Below, piece after piece: positions 16,672 to 24,929 of a stretch of DNA of 32,000 bases. The notes beneath the pieces are model-generated. The model ran no database searches. It saw only the letters and a program-made list of their open reading frames with translations, and was not told the origin of the DNA. Origin of the DNA: Desulfobulbus propionicus DSM 2032 (GTDB lineage Bacteria > Desulfobacterota > Desulfobulbia > Desulfobulbales > Desulfobulbaceae). Made by a program: the position numbers and the translations under genes. Positions within the stretch are counted from its first letter, which is position 1. Every line of letters starts with the position of its first letter. The stretch is taken from positions 3,120,001 through 3,152,000 of the forward strand of contig NC_014972.1 in the NCBI RefSeq assembly GCF_000186885.1, in the 5' to 3' direction.

Positions 16672-19223
16672 ACTATCCGGTCTGGCAGCTCGATGCTTTC
16701 GGCGGCGGCCTGTGGATCATCCTCATTGCCGTGTTCCATGTCTACATCGCCCACTTCGCCGTGGGCGGCGGCCTGTTCCTGGTGCTGGCCGAGCGCAAGG
16801 CCGAGCGGGAACACAACCCGGCGATCCTCGAGTATGTTCGCCGGCATGCGCGTTTCTTTCTCGTACTCACCATGGTGGCCGGCTCGATCACCGGGGTGGG
16901 CATCTGGTTCATCATCGCCCTGCTCAACCCAGCAGCCACCTCGATCCTCATCCACACCTTTGTCTTTGCCTGGGCCTCGGAATGGGTGTTCTTCCTGCTG
17001 GAAATCGTCTCCCTGTTCCTCTATGCCTATACCTTCGGACGGCTGCACCCCTCCCGCCATCGGGTGCTCGGCTGGATCTATTTCGGCTCAGCCTGGATGT
17101 CGCTGTTCCTGATCAACGGCATCATCGGCTTCATGCTCACGCCCGGAGACTGGCCGCAAACCGGCAGTTTCTGGTCCGGATTCTTCAACCCGAGCTTCTG
17201 GCCCTCGCTCTTCTTCCGCACCTTTTTGGCCCTGATCATCGCCGGCCTGTTCGGCCTGCTGACCGCCACCTGGATCAAGGACGCCAACCTGCGCACCACC
17301 ATGGTTCGTTTCTGCGCCCGCTGGCTGCTGGTTCCCTTCGTGCTCTTTGCCACCTCCGCCTTCTGGTATCGGGCCGCCCTGCCGCCCGAACTAGAGGAAA
17401 CGATGTTTACCCGCATGCCGTCGATGCGCCCCTTCATCGACGGCTTTCTCCTCGGCTCGCCGCTGCTGGTGCTCGGCGGCCTACTGCTGATCCTCCGCCT
17501 GCCCGTCGGGCTGAGCAAGGTACTGGCCGTGGGGTTGTTGCTGGTCGGCCAGCTCTACATCGGCTGCTTCGAATTCATCCGTGAGGGCGGCCGCCGACCG
17601 GACATCATTCGTGGGGTCATGTATTCAACCTCCATCCAGCACAAGGACATCGCCCGCCTGCAGCGGGACGGCCTGCTGCAAACAGCCAAATGGGTGCGCC
17701 ACCGAAAAATCACCGCCGACAACAAACTGGCTGCCGGCCGGGAGCTGTACAACCTGCTCTGCCTCTCCTGCCATAGCATCGGCGGACCGGTGCGGGACAT
17801 CAAACCGCTGGCCGCGCCGTTCACCCCGAGCGGCTTGGAGGCCATGATCAGCGGCATGGATCTATTCTCCCCTTCCATGCCGCCCTTTGCCGGCACCGCC
17901 GAGGAACGGGCCGCCCTCGCCGCCTTCATCGCCCATGGGCTCAACGGCCGCAGCGACCCCGCCTCGCCAACCCTGCCGGAAAAAAAGGTGACGCCGCCTC
18001 CTTTCTATCCCGAGCAGAGCCCATTTGTGCTGCTCGCCTGGAGCACCTTGGGCATGCGCTATGTCGGCGAAGTCAGCGGCCTGCTGTCACTGCTGCCCCC
18101 AGGCAACGGCCTGCGGGCCCAGCTGATTCGGCGCGGCGAAACGCCGGAAATCGTCAACCAAGGCGTCACCCTCACCTACCGGGTGGACAAAACACAGGAC
18201 GGCGTAGCCCAACGAGATGACTTGACCGGAGAAATGGTCATCGAGGAGGATGTATTCGTGGCCGATGACCTTCGACTGCTGCCCACCGAGCGACCGGATT
18301 TCGACCCCTACCCGGTGGTCACCATCGAGGCGCGGGACGAAAACGACACCCTGTTGGCCACCACTGAGATGGTGGCGCCGGTGTCCACCGAAATCGGCTG
18401 CAGTAACTGCCACGGCGGCCAACCCGGCAATCGCGCCGGCCTCACCCGAATGACCGCCCTCAACATCCTCCAGGCTCACGACCGGTTGAGCCACACCCAG
18501 TTGCTGGCCGCCACCAGGGACGGCCAAGCGGTCCGCTGTCAGAACTGCCACGGCGATCCCCTGGTCGAGGCCGGGGGCGATCCTGCCCGGCTCAACCTCT
18601 CCGCCGCCATCCACGGGTTCCACGCCCCTTACCTCAGGGGCAAAGGCGCGGAAGCCTGCGCCCTCTGCCATCCCTCCTCGCCCACCGGCGCCACCAGGAG
18701 TTTGCGCGACATCCATGCCGCCCTGGGCATGGATTGCACCAACTGCCATGGCTCCATCGAGGATCTTGCCCTGGGGCTGCTACAACAGGAACGAAAGAGA
18801 GGCACGACGCGGGCCGTCGCCCTCATGTCCCACCTCGCGCCACGATCCGTGGCGGATAGGGAGCAGGTCGCCCCGCGCGTCCCCTGGAGCAACCAGCCCG
18901 ATTGTTTGCACTGCCATGTCGAGTACCAGGCTCCGGCAAGCGATACCCTGGCCAACACCTGGACCAAGGACGAACAGGCGCTGTACCGCAACCGCACCGA
19001 CGACAGCGGCCGCCTGTTCTGCGCCGCCTGCCACTCCAGTCCGCATGCGGTCTATCCGGCCGTCAATGCCCACGGCCCCGGGCTGGATGTCCTCCAGCCG
19101 TTGCAGTACCAGCGCAACCGGTTACCCCTGGGAGCAAATCGCCACTGCGCGGTCTGCCACACCGTGGCCATGGAGGACGAAATGCACCACCCCAACAGCC
19201 TGCGTGATTTTCGCAATGAATAG
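16668..19223 (+). CDS. Fusion protein: CydA-like 8-TM membrane domain, a class I-like monohaem cytochrome c domain, and a seven-CxxCH multihaem domain
   Basis: The ATG at 16668 overlaps the upstream stop (ATGA), with AGGAGG 7 nt upstream. The N-terminal ~430 aa show CydA-like blocks: FHVYIAHFAVGGG, GSITGVGIWF, WASEWVFFLLEIVSLF, SLFLINGIIGFMLTPG and FEFIREGGRRPD (vs AEYGRQPW). CxxCH motifs are at 17760, 18399, 18537, 18657, 18735, 18903, 19020 and 19146 (Cys365, 578, 624, 664, 690, 746, 785, 827). The track start at 16248 is an out-of-context extension. Confidence 0.8.
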   Translation: MNYPVWQLDAFGGGLWIILIAVFHVYIAHFAVGGGLFLVLAERKAEREHNPAILEYVRRHARFFLVLTMVAGSITGVGIWFIIALLNPAATSILIHTFVFAWASEWVFFLLEIVSLFLYAYTFGRLHPSRHRVLGWIYFGSAWMSLFLINGIIGFMLTPGDWPQTGSFWSGFFNPSFWPSLFFRTFLALIIAGLFGLLTATWIKDANLRTTMVRFCARWLLVPFVLFATSAFWYRAALPPELEETMFTRMPSMRPFIDGFLLGSPLLVLGGLLLILRLPVGLSKVLAVGLLLVGQLYIGCFEFIREGGRRPDIIRGVMYSTSIQHKDIARLQRDGLLQTAKWVRHRKITADNKLAAGRELYNLLCLSCHSIGGPVRDIKPLAAPFTPSGLEAMISGMDLFSPSMPPFAGTAEERAALAAFIAHGLNGRSDPASPTLPEKKVTPPPFYPEQSPFVLLAWSTLGMRYVGEVSGLLSLLPPGNGLRAQLIRRGETPEIVNQGVTLTYRVDKTQDGVAQRDDLTGEMVIEEDVFVADDLRLLPTERPDFDPYPVVTIEARDENDTLLATTEMVAPVSTEIGCSNCHGGQPGNRAGLTRMTALNILQAHDRLSHTQLLAATRDGQAVRCQNCHGDPLVEAGGDPARLNLSAAIHGFHAPYLRGKGAEACALCHPSSPTGATRSLRDIHAALGMDCTNCHGSIEDLALGLLQQERKRGTTRAVALMSHLAPRSVADREQVAPRVPWSNQPDCLHCHVEYQAPASDTLANTWTKDEQALYRNRTDDSGRLFCAACHSSPHAVYPAVNAHGPGLDVLQPLQYQRNRLPLGANRHCAVCHTVAMEDEMHHPNSLRDFRNE

Positions 19224-19280
19224 CCACAAGAAGGCATTTGGGCGGAGCGGCATGCTCCTGTTCTTTGAGGATCAACACCG

Positions 19281-19874
19281 ATGTTGCTGCTGATCATTTT
19301 GTGGGTGGGATGGTGCGCGGTGCACAGCCTGCTGATCACCGCCACGGTCAGGCGGTGGGTTGAACACAGGGGCGGCCTTTGGCTAGGGCTGTACCGGATC
19401 GGCTATGTGGTTGCCGCCCTCGGCACCCTGCTGCCGCTGTTGTGGTACACGGCCCATCTGCCGCAGCATCCCTTCGGTCCAGTGCCCCTGTGGCTGCGGG
19501 GTGTGCAAGGACTGCTGTTCCTTTATGCCTTGGTCCTGTTCGGCGGTGGCCTGCGGGTCTACGACCTGCAAACCTTCCTCGGCCTCGCCCAATGGCGCGC
19601 GTACCGGGCAGGGCAGGCCAGTCCGCCGCCGACCTTCCAGGCACGCGGCATCCTCCGCGTTGTCCGCCACCCCTGGTACAGCGGCGGTTTCGCCCTGCTC
19701 TGGGCCCTGCCGGAACTGACCGATGTCACCCTGGTCAGCCGCGCCATCCTCTCTGTCTATCTCGTCATTGGCGCGTTGCTGGAGGAACGCAAAATGCGGG
19801 CACTCCTCGGCGAGCCTTACCGCGCCTATTGCCGGAACGTGCCGATGTTCATCCCCTGGAAGTTCGGCCGCTGA
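19281..19874 (+). CDS. Membrane methyltransferase family protein (ICMT / PEMT / DUF1295-like)
   Basis: 197 aa with about 5 TM helices. C-terminal signature: GILRVVRHPWYSGGFALLW...LLEERKMRALLGEPYRAYCRNVPMFIP. Confidence 0.75.
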   Translation: MLLLIILWVGWCAVHSLLITATVRRWVEHRGGLWLGLYRIGYVVAALGTLLPLLWYTAHLPQHPFGPVPLWLRGVQGLLFLYALVLFGGGLRVYDLQTFLGLAQWRAYRAGQASPPPTFQARGILRVVRHPWYSGGFALLWALPELTDVTLVSRAILSVYLVIGALLEERKMRALLGEPYRAYCRNVPMFIPWKFGR

Positions 19875-19880
19875 AGGCGG

Positions 19881-20528
19881 TTACTCGGCCTCCCCGAGCA
19901 GTGCCCGCCAGCGGCGAATATTGGCCTCGTTCAGTTGCCGTTCTTCCTTTTCACTCAGAAACCGGCCCAGCGGTCGTAAATCGCCGGCATCCTCGATCCT
20001 GCCGAAGGACATGTTGGCCCCGGTGTGCATCCAGGCGTCGCCAAAGGGAAAGAGGCGAAAGGCGGTGAGCAGGCCGACCGCATCTCCCTGTTGTGGCAAG
20101 GACTGGTCGAGGATGAACAGCTCCTCGCCGGTGATCACATCAAGCGCCACCACGCCGCCTGCCGGGACGATCTCCCTGAGCCAGAAGACCGAAAACCGGG
20201 CCTGGATCATACCTTCCAGGAGCATGCGCTCATCGCTCCCCTGGGGATAGAGCTTGCGGTTGAGCAGCTGCCGCACCAGGCTGAATCCACGCGGCCGATA
20301 CATGTAGAGCAGATAGTCCTGAAAGACATCCATCTCCAGTTCGTGCTCGAAACCGATGACGAATTTTCCGTTCTGTTTGCTGAACATGCCCAGCCGCTTG
20401 CCGCAGGCCCGAATGGCCTCCTTGCCGGCCAGTTTGGCCGCGCGGGCATGGAGCACGGGCATCAGCGGCCACAGTCGTTTATACTCGGCCACCAGGTCTT
20501 CAAGATTGTCGGGGATGATTGACGGCAC
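19881..20528 (-). CDS. Hypothetical protein (no recognisable domain)
   Basis: 215-aa ORF. The GTG start has GAGGAG 7 nt upstream. Its composition is balanced and non-repetitive, unlike the antisense GC artefact ORFs. Confidence 0.6.
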   Translation of the reverse strand: MPSIIPDNLEDLVAEYKRLWPLMPVLHARAAKLAGKEAIRACGKRLGMFSKQNGKFVIGFEHELEMDVFQDYLLYMYRPRGFSLVRQLLNRKLYPQGSDERMLLEGMIQARFSVFWLREIVPAGGVVALDVITGEELFILDQSLPQQGDAVGLLTAFRLFPFGDAWMHTGANMSFGRIEDAGDLRPLGRFLSEKEERQLNEANIRRWRALLGEAE

Positions 20529-20878
20529 GACCTTGCTCCTCTATTGGGACATAGGGTGATGGTTCTTGCACGCATCGTCAAGGACACGGAGAAAAAACTC
20601 TCCATACCGCGCGGCAGGCGTGCAGTCCACCAAGAACATCACGGTCCGCTGTTTTTCCCGCTCGTTTTGGGGAATGACGGCGGCGAACCCGATGCCCGCT
20701 CCCGTGACAAGACGTTCGTTGTTTGCCGGAAAATATTGTATACTCCCTGGGCAACCACGGATGGGCCGATGCAATGCACGCCCTCCGAAAAACAGAGACA
20801 GACCGTTGCCCGCTCGTTCCCATCGTTCGCCATACCCTCGTTTCTTGCCCGCCAACCCCCATGCAAAGAGGTCGTTCC

Positions 20879-22156
20879 ATGACAGACCAACACCGCCACT
20901 TCGGATTCACCACCCGTCAACTCCATGCCGGCCAGAGCGTTGATCCGGTTACCGGCAGCAGGGCCGTGCCGCTCTACCAAACCACGTCCTACCTGTTCAA
21001 GAACGCCGAGCACGCGGCCAACCTCTTTGCCCTCAAGGAATTCGGCAACATCTACACCCGGATCATGAACCCGACCACCGACGTGCTCGAGCAACGGGTG
21101 ACCGACCTGGAAGGCGGCATTGGCGGGCTGGCGGCCAGCAGCGGCCATGGCGCGCAAACGCTCGCCTTTCTCACCCTGTGCGGCGCCGGCGATCATATCG
21201 TCTCCAGCAGCAGCCTCTACGGCGGCACCTACAACCAGCTGCGCTACACCCTGCCTCGTCTGGGCATCGAGGTCAGCTTTGCCGACCCAAGCGATCCGGA
21301 TTCCTTTGCCCGCGCCATTCGCCCCACCACCCGGCTGATCTATGGCGAGACCCTGGGCAATCCCGGTCTGATCGTCTTTCCCTTCGAGGAGGTCGGGGCC
21401 ATCGCCCGGGCGCACAATCTGCCGCTGATGATCGACAACACCCTGGCCACGCCCTACCTGTGCCGGCCGATCGAATGGGGCGCCCACATCGTCAGCCATT
21501 CCACCACCAAATTCCTCAACGGCCACGGCACCTGCCTGGGCGGCCTGCTGGTCGACAGCGGCACCTTTGACTGGCGTTCCGGCCGGTTCGCCACCTTCAC
21601 CGAACCCGACCCTTCCTATCACGGCCTGGTCTACAGCAGCCTCGGGCCGCCGGCCTTCATCCTCAAGGCACGAGTGCAAATGCTGCGCGATCTGGGCATG
21701 TCCGCCGCGCCCTTCAACAGCTGGCTGACCGTGCAGGGCATCGAAACCTTGAGCCTGCGCATGCAACGGCATGTGGCCAATGCCCTGGCTGTGGCCGAAT
21801 TTCTCCAGCAGCACCGGCAGGTGGCCTGGGTGAGCTATCCGGGGCTGGCCGATCATCCCAGTTACGAGCGGGCACGGCGTTATCTACCCGAGGGCGCGGG
21901 GGCGATTCTCACCTTTGGCATCAAGGGGGGACGAGAGGCGGGTGAACGTTTTATCGACAATCTCAAGCTGTTCAGCCATGTGGCCAATGTCGGCGACGCG
22001 AAAAGCCTGGCCATCCACCCGGCCAGCACCACCCACAGTCAACTGAGCGATGAAGAACTGCGCGGGGCCGGGGTCACGCCGGACATGATCCGCCTGAGCG
22101 TCGGGTTGGAGGATACGGAGGATCTGTTCTGGGATCTGGATCAGGCCCTGGTCTGA
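20879..22156 (+). CDS. metY: O-acetylhomoserine aminocarboxypropyltransferase / O-acetylhomoserine sulfhydrylase (PLP-dependent)
   Basis: FTTRQLHAGQ..DPVTGSRAVPLYQTTSY.F.., YTRIMNPTTDVLE, and the PLP-lysine motif HSTTKFLNGHG. The ATG at 20879 has AGAGG 7 nt upstream. The track start at 20723 is an extension. Confidence 0.9.
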   Translation: MTDQHRHFGFTTRQLHAGQSVDPVTGSRAVPLYQTTSYLFKNAEHAANLFALKEFGNIYTRIMNPTTDVLEQRVTDLEGGIGGLAASSGHGAQTLAFLTLCGAGDHIVSSSSLYGGTYNQLRYTLPRLGIEVSFADPSDPDSFARAIRPTTRLIYGETLGNPGLIVFPFEEVGAIARAHNLPLMIDNTLATPYLCRPIEWGAHIVSHSTTKFLNGHGTCLGGLLVDSGTFDWRSGRFATFTEPDPSYHGLVYSSLGPPAFILKARVQMLRDLGMSAAPFNSWLTVQGIETLSLRMQRHVANALAVAEFLQQHRQVAWVSYPGLADHPSYERARRYLPEGAGAILTFGIKGGREAGERFIDNLKLFSHVANVGDAKSLAIHPASTTHSQLSDEELRGAGVTPDMIRLSVGLEDTEDLFWDLDQALV

Positions 22157-22181
22157 GCCAAAGACGGCAGCGGGAACACGA

Positions 22182-23144
22182 TCACGGCACGGTCGACTGC
22201 CCGGAAGCGCCACTGGTGCAGTCGGTCGAGACCTGGCAGCCATCGCCGCCGTCCAATCCGGGGATGCCGGACGGGGGTGCGGTCCCAGGCAAAACGCTGG
22301 ACTGACCGCTTGCCGGCGTGCTTTCCGGGGTGCCGAGATAGGCCAGAATGGCGGCTTCTCCCCTGCGGATCGTCCACCCTTCCGGGGTTCTGGTCATCAG
22401 CACGGGAATTTCCTCGATCCCCAGGGCGGTCAGCAGGTTTTTGTTCAGGGAAGGCGAATAACCGGCATTGACGATCACCTGCGGCAGGTCGATGGAGGTG
22501 ACCTGGTCGATGGGGTTGAAGGCCACGGTGGCCCGGCCGTTGGTTTTCAGCGAGGCGATCACCCGTTCACAGTGGTCACAGGTGGAGGCATAGAACAGAT
22601 AGTGCTGGGGGTACTTCAGCAGTCCCGGACGGCTGGCGAACACGCCGGCGGTGAAGGCCTGTTCGCCGTTGACAGGGTTGCGGGCGAGGTCCAGACTGGC
22701 AAAGGCCAGCGCCGCGGTGGCGAAGACCAGAAATCCGGGCACGATCTGTTTCCAGCCAAGCAGCAGGTTAAGCAGCACCACGAAGGCGAGAATCCCGACA
22801 CAGTAGGCACAGAACGCCTGAGCGACCAGATACTGGAAGCTGACCAGTACCGCCTCCACCCCGAGCCCGGCCAGCAGGACCGTGCGAATAAACTGCGGCA
22901 GCCGCCGCATCTCTCCCCGGGCTGAACGCAGCCCCCAATACACCAGCTGGAAGAAGAACAGTCCCACCCCATTGAATACCAAGGGCGAAACCCGGGTCAA
23001 CTTTTCCACCACCTTGCAGCCGCCATTGAGGCACAGGGGCGATCCCTGATAGAGGGTGTAACCGATCTGCCCGACAATCAGCAGACTGGCGACAAGGGCC
23101 AAAAACTGGCCCAGTTGGAGCGCGGCGTTTTTTCTCTTCAGCAT
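22182..23144 (-). CDS. Vitamin K epoxide reductase (VKOR) family membrane protein fused to a thioredoxin-like domain
   Basis: N-terminal 4-5 TM region with loop cysteines (CLNGGC) and an in-membrane CAYC. The C-terminal domain carries CDHC (CxxC). It ends in a P/S/G/T-rich tail containing two further Cys. Confidence 0.75.
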   Translation of the reverse strand: MLKRKNAALQLGQFLALVASLLIVGQIGYTLYQGSPLCLNGGCKVVEKLTRVSPLVFNGVGLFFFQLVYWGLRSARGEMRRLPQFIRTVLLAGLGVEAVLVSFQYLVAQAFCAYCVGILAFVVLLNLLLGWKQIVPGFLVFATAALAFASLDLARNPVNGEQAFTAGVFASRPGLLKYPQHYLFYASTCDHCERVIASLKTNGRATVAFNPIDQVTSIDLPQVIVNAGYSPSLNKNLLTALGIEEIPVLMTRTPEGWTIRRGEAAILAYLGTPESTPASGQSSVLPGTAPPSGIPGLDGGDGCQVSTDCTSGASGQSTVP

Positions 23145-23227
23145 GGGGTACCGGAGGTTGGACTGGCAGCATGCGGCCGGATTCCCGCAGGTGCGGGCAA
23201 GGCCAATGGTGTGTGCAAAGATCGCCT

Positions 23228-23256
23228 ATAATGAACCATTCTCCCCTTTGTGTCAA
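23228..23256 (-). promoter_or_regulatory. Candidate sigma70 promoter for the VKOR gene (TTGACA-17 nt-CATTAT)
   Basis: On the minus strand, -35 TTGACA is at 23256-23251, the spacer is 17 nt, and -10 CATTAT is at 23233-23228. It lies about 85 nt upstream of the start at 23144. Confidence 0.4.
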
Positions 23257-23324
23257 CCTCACTGAAGAGAAGAACGAAACGACGGAGAATTATGAAGCAG
23301 GTTCCCGCAACGGGCAGAGAAGGC

Positions 23325-24212
23325 TCACCGGGACGGGACTGCGTGGAGAACACGCCGGTACAGCGCTTCGGCCTGATAGGAACTACGGACAAAGGGGGCC
23401 GAAGCCACGGCCTTCAGTCCCATGGCCAGGGCCTGCTGTTCCAGGAGGGCAAACTCCGAAGGCGGCAGATAGCGGACCACCTCCAGATGGGCGCGCGAGG
23501 GCTGAAGATACTGGCCGATGGTGAGGATATCGCAACCGGCACGGGTGAGATCGGCAAAGAGTTGGCCCAACTCCACCTCTGTCTCCCCCAGCCCGACCAT
23601 GATGCCGCACTTGGTCACCATGCTCGATGCCATGGTTTTAGCCCGCTGCAGGACGGCAAGGCTCTGCTGATAGTCGGCCTGGGGCCGGACCGTTGGGTAG
23701 AGGCGTACCACGGTTTCCAGGTTGTGGTTGAGCACCTCCGGCCGGGCTTCGACCACGGTTTGCAGCGCCTGGTGATTGCCCTGGAAATCGGGAATCAGCA
23801 CCTCGATCAGGGTGTGCGGGTTGCGTTCCCGGATGGCCCGAATGGCGGCGGCAAAATGGCCGGCGCCGCCGTCGGCCAGATCATCGCGGGTGACCGAGGT
23901 GAGCACGCAGTAGCTGAGCCCCATGGTCTCCACCGCCTCGGCCACCCGGGCCGGTTCGTCCGGGTCGGGTGGCGATTGAGGCCCATGGCCGACGGCGCAG
24001 AAGCGGCAGTTGCGGCTGCAGCGGTCGCCGAGCAGCATGAAGGTGGCGGTGCCCTGACCGAAACACTCGAACTGGTTGGGACACATCGCCTCCTGACAGA
24101 CCGTGCTCAGGCACTGGTTCTTGATCAGGGAGCGGATGCGTTCGTACTGGGGGCCGCTGGGCAGCCGGCGCCGCAGCCAGGGGGGTTTCGGTTGGATCGG
24201 TTCGGTGGTCAT
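23325..24212 (-). CDS. lipA: Lipoyl synthase (radical SAM)
   Basis: CQEAMCPNQFEC (Cx4Cx5C auxiliary cluster) and CSRNCRFC (Cx3Cx2C radical SAM) motifs. 295 aa. Confidence 0.93.
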   Translation of the reverse strand: MTTEPIQPKPPWLRRRLPSGPQYERIRSLIKNQCLSTVCQEAMCPNQFECFGQGTATFMLLGDRCSRNCRFCAVGHGPQSPPDPDEPARVAEAVETMGLSYCVLTSVTRDDLADGGAGHFAAAIRAIRERNPHTLIEVLIPDFQGNHQALQTVVEARPEVLNHNLETVVRLYPTVRPQADYQQSLAVLQRAKTMASSMVTKCGIMVGLGETEVELGQLFADLTRAGCDILTIGQYLQPSRAHLEVVRYLPPSEFALLEQQALAMGLKAVASAPFVRSSYQAEALYRRVLHAVPSR

Positions 24213-24913
24213 GGACGGGGTTGGATGCAGGGGAATGTGGCCATCAGATCATCAATGGCGAGCGATTGGACTTCCACAGCAAACAGTTCAGCCAGATGAC
24301 GACGCAGGCACACCTTGACCCGGTCGAGGCTACAGCCGCTGGCCCCTTCCGCTGCGAGCGAGGTCATGGTCACGCCGGTAAGACCGCACGGGTTGATCCA
24401 ACGGAAGGGTTCCAGATCAAGGTCGACATTGAGGGCCAGGCCATGGAAGGCCACCCCATGGCGGACGGCGATGCCGATGCTGCCCAGCTTGCGGTCGCTC
24501 ACCCAAATGCCGTGGTTGCGGCAGTCGCGTCCGGCCCCAATACCGCAGTCGGCGGCGATGCGCAGCATCAGCTCTTCCAGCAGCTGGACGTAGTCGCTGA
24601 CGCCGAGGCGTCGCTGCCGCAGGCTGATGATCGGGTAGAGCACCAGTTGCCCGGGCCCGTGAAAGGTGATCTCGCCGCCCCGTTCAATCGGGACCACGTC
24701 AATCCCTCGCTGCCGCAGAAACGGTTCGCTCACCCCCAGATGCGTCCGGTCGCCGTGGCGGCCGAGGGTGAACACCGGCGGATGTTCGACACAGAGAAAG
24801 CAGTCCCGCGCCAGCTCACCCCGATGCCGCCGCGCCGCCAGCTCGACCTGGAGGCCATGCACGGCCGCATAGGCCATCAGGCCCAGATCGCAGAAGGCGG
24901 CGGACATCGACAT
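24209..24913 (-). CDS. lipB: Lipoyl(octanoyl) transferase
   Basis: ..CVEHPPVFTLGR.., ..RGGEITFHGPGQLVLYPI.., ..KLGSIGIAVRHGVAFHGLALNV..INPCG. The ATG at 24913 (alternative 24907) is the likely start; the longer track ORF overlaps gcvPB. The stop overlaps the lipA start (ATGA). Confidence 0.88.
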   Translation of the reverse strand: MSMSAAFCDLGLMAYAAVHGLQVELAARRHRGELARDCFLCVEHPPVFTLGRHGDRTHLGVSEPFLRQRGIDVVPIERGGEITFHGPGQLVLYPIISLRQRRLGVSDYVQLLEELMLRIAADCGIGAGRDCRNHGIWVSDRKLGSIGIAVRHGVAFHGLALNVDLDLEPFRWINPCGLTGVTMTSLAAEGASGCSLDRVKVCLRRHLAELFAVEVQSLAIDDLMATFPCIQPRP

Positions 24914-24929
24914 AAAACAACAGCGAAGA

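Noticed and set aside
20690-20878. SAM-I (S-box) riboswitch upstream of metY
   Set aside because: A GGCAACC segment and a GGCCGATG-like segment are present, but in the wrong order. The GGAGGGA / GGTGC.AA core elements and a P1 helix could not be placed. It is reported only as an unassigned leader, not as a riboswitch.
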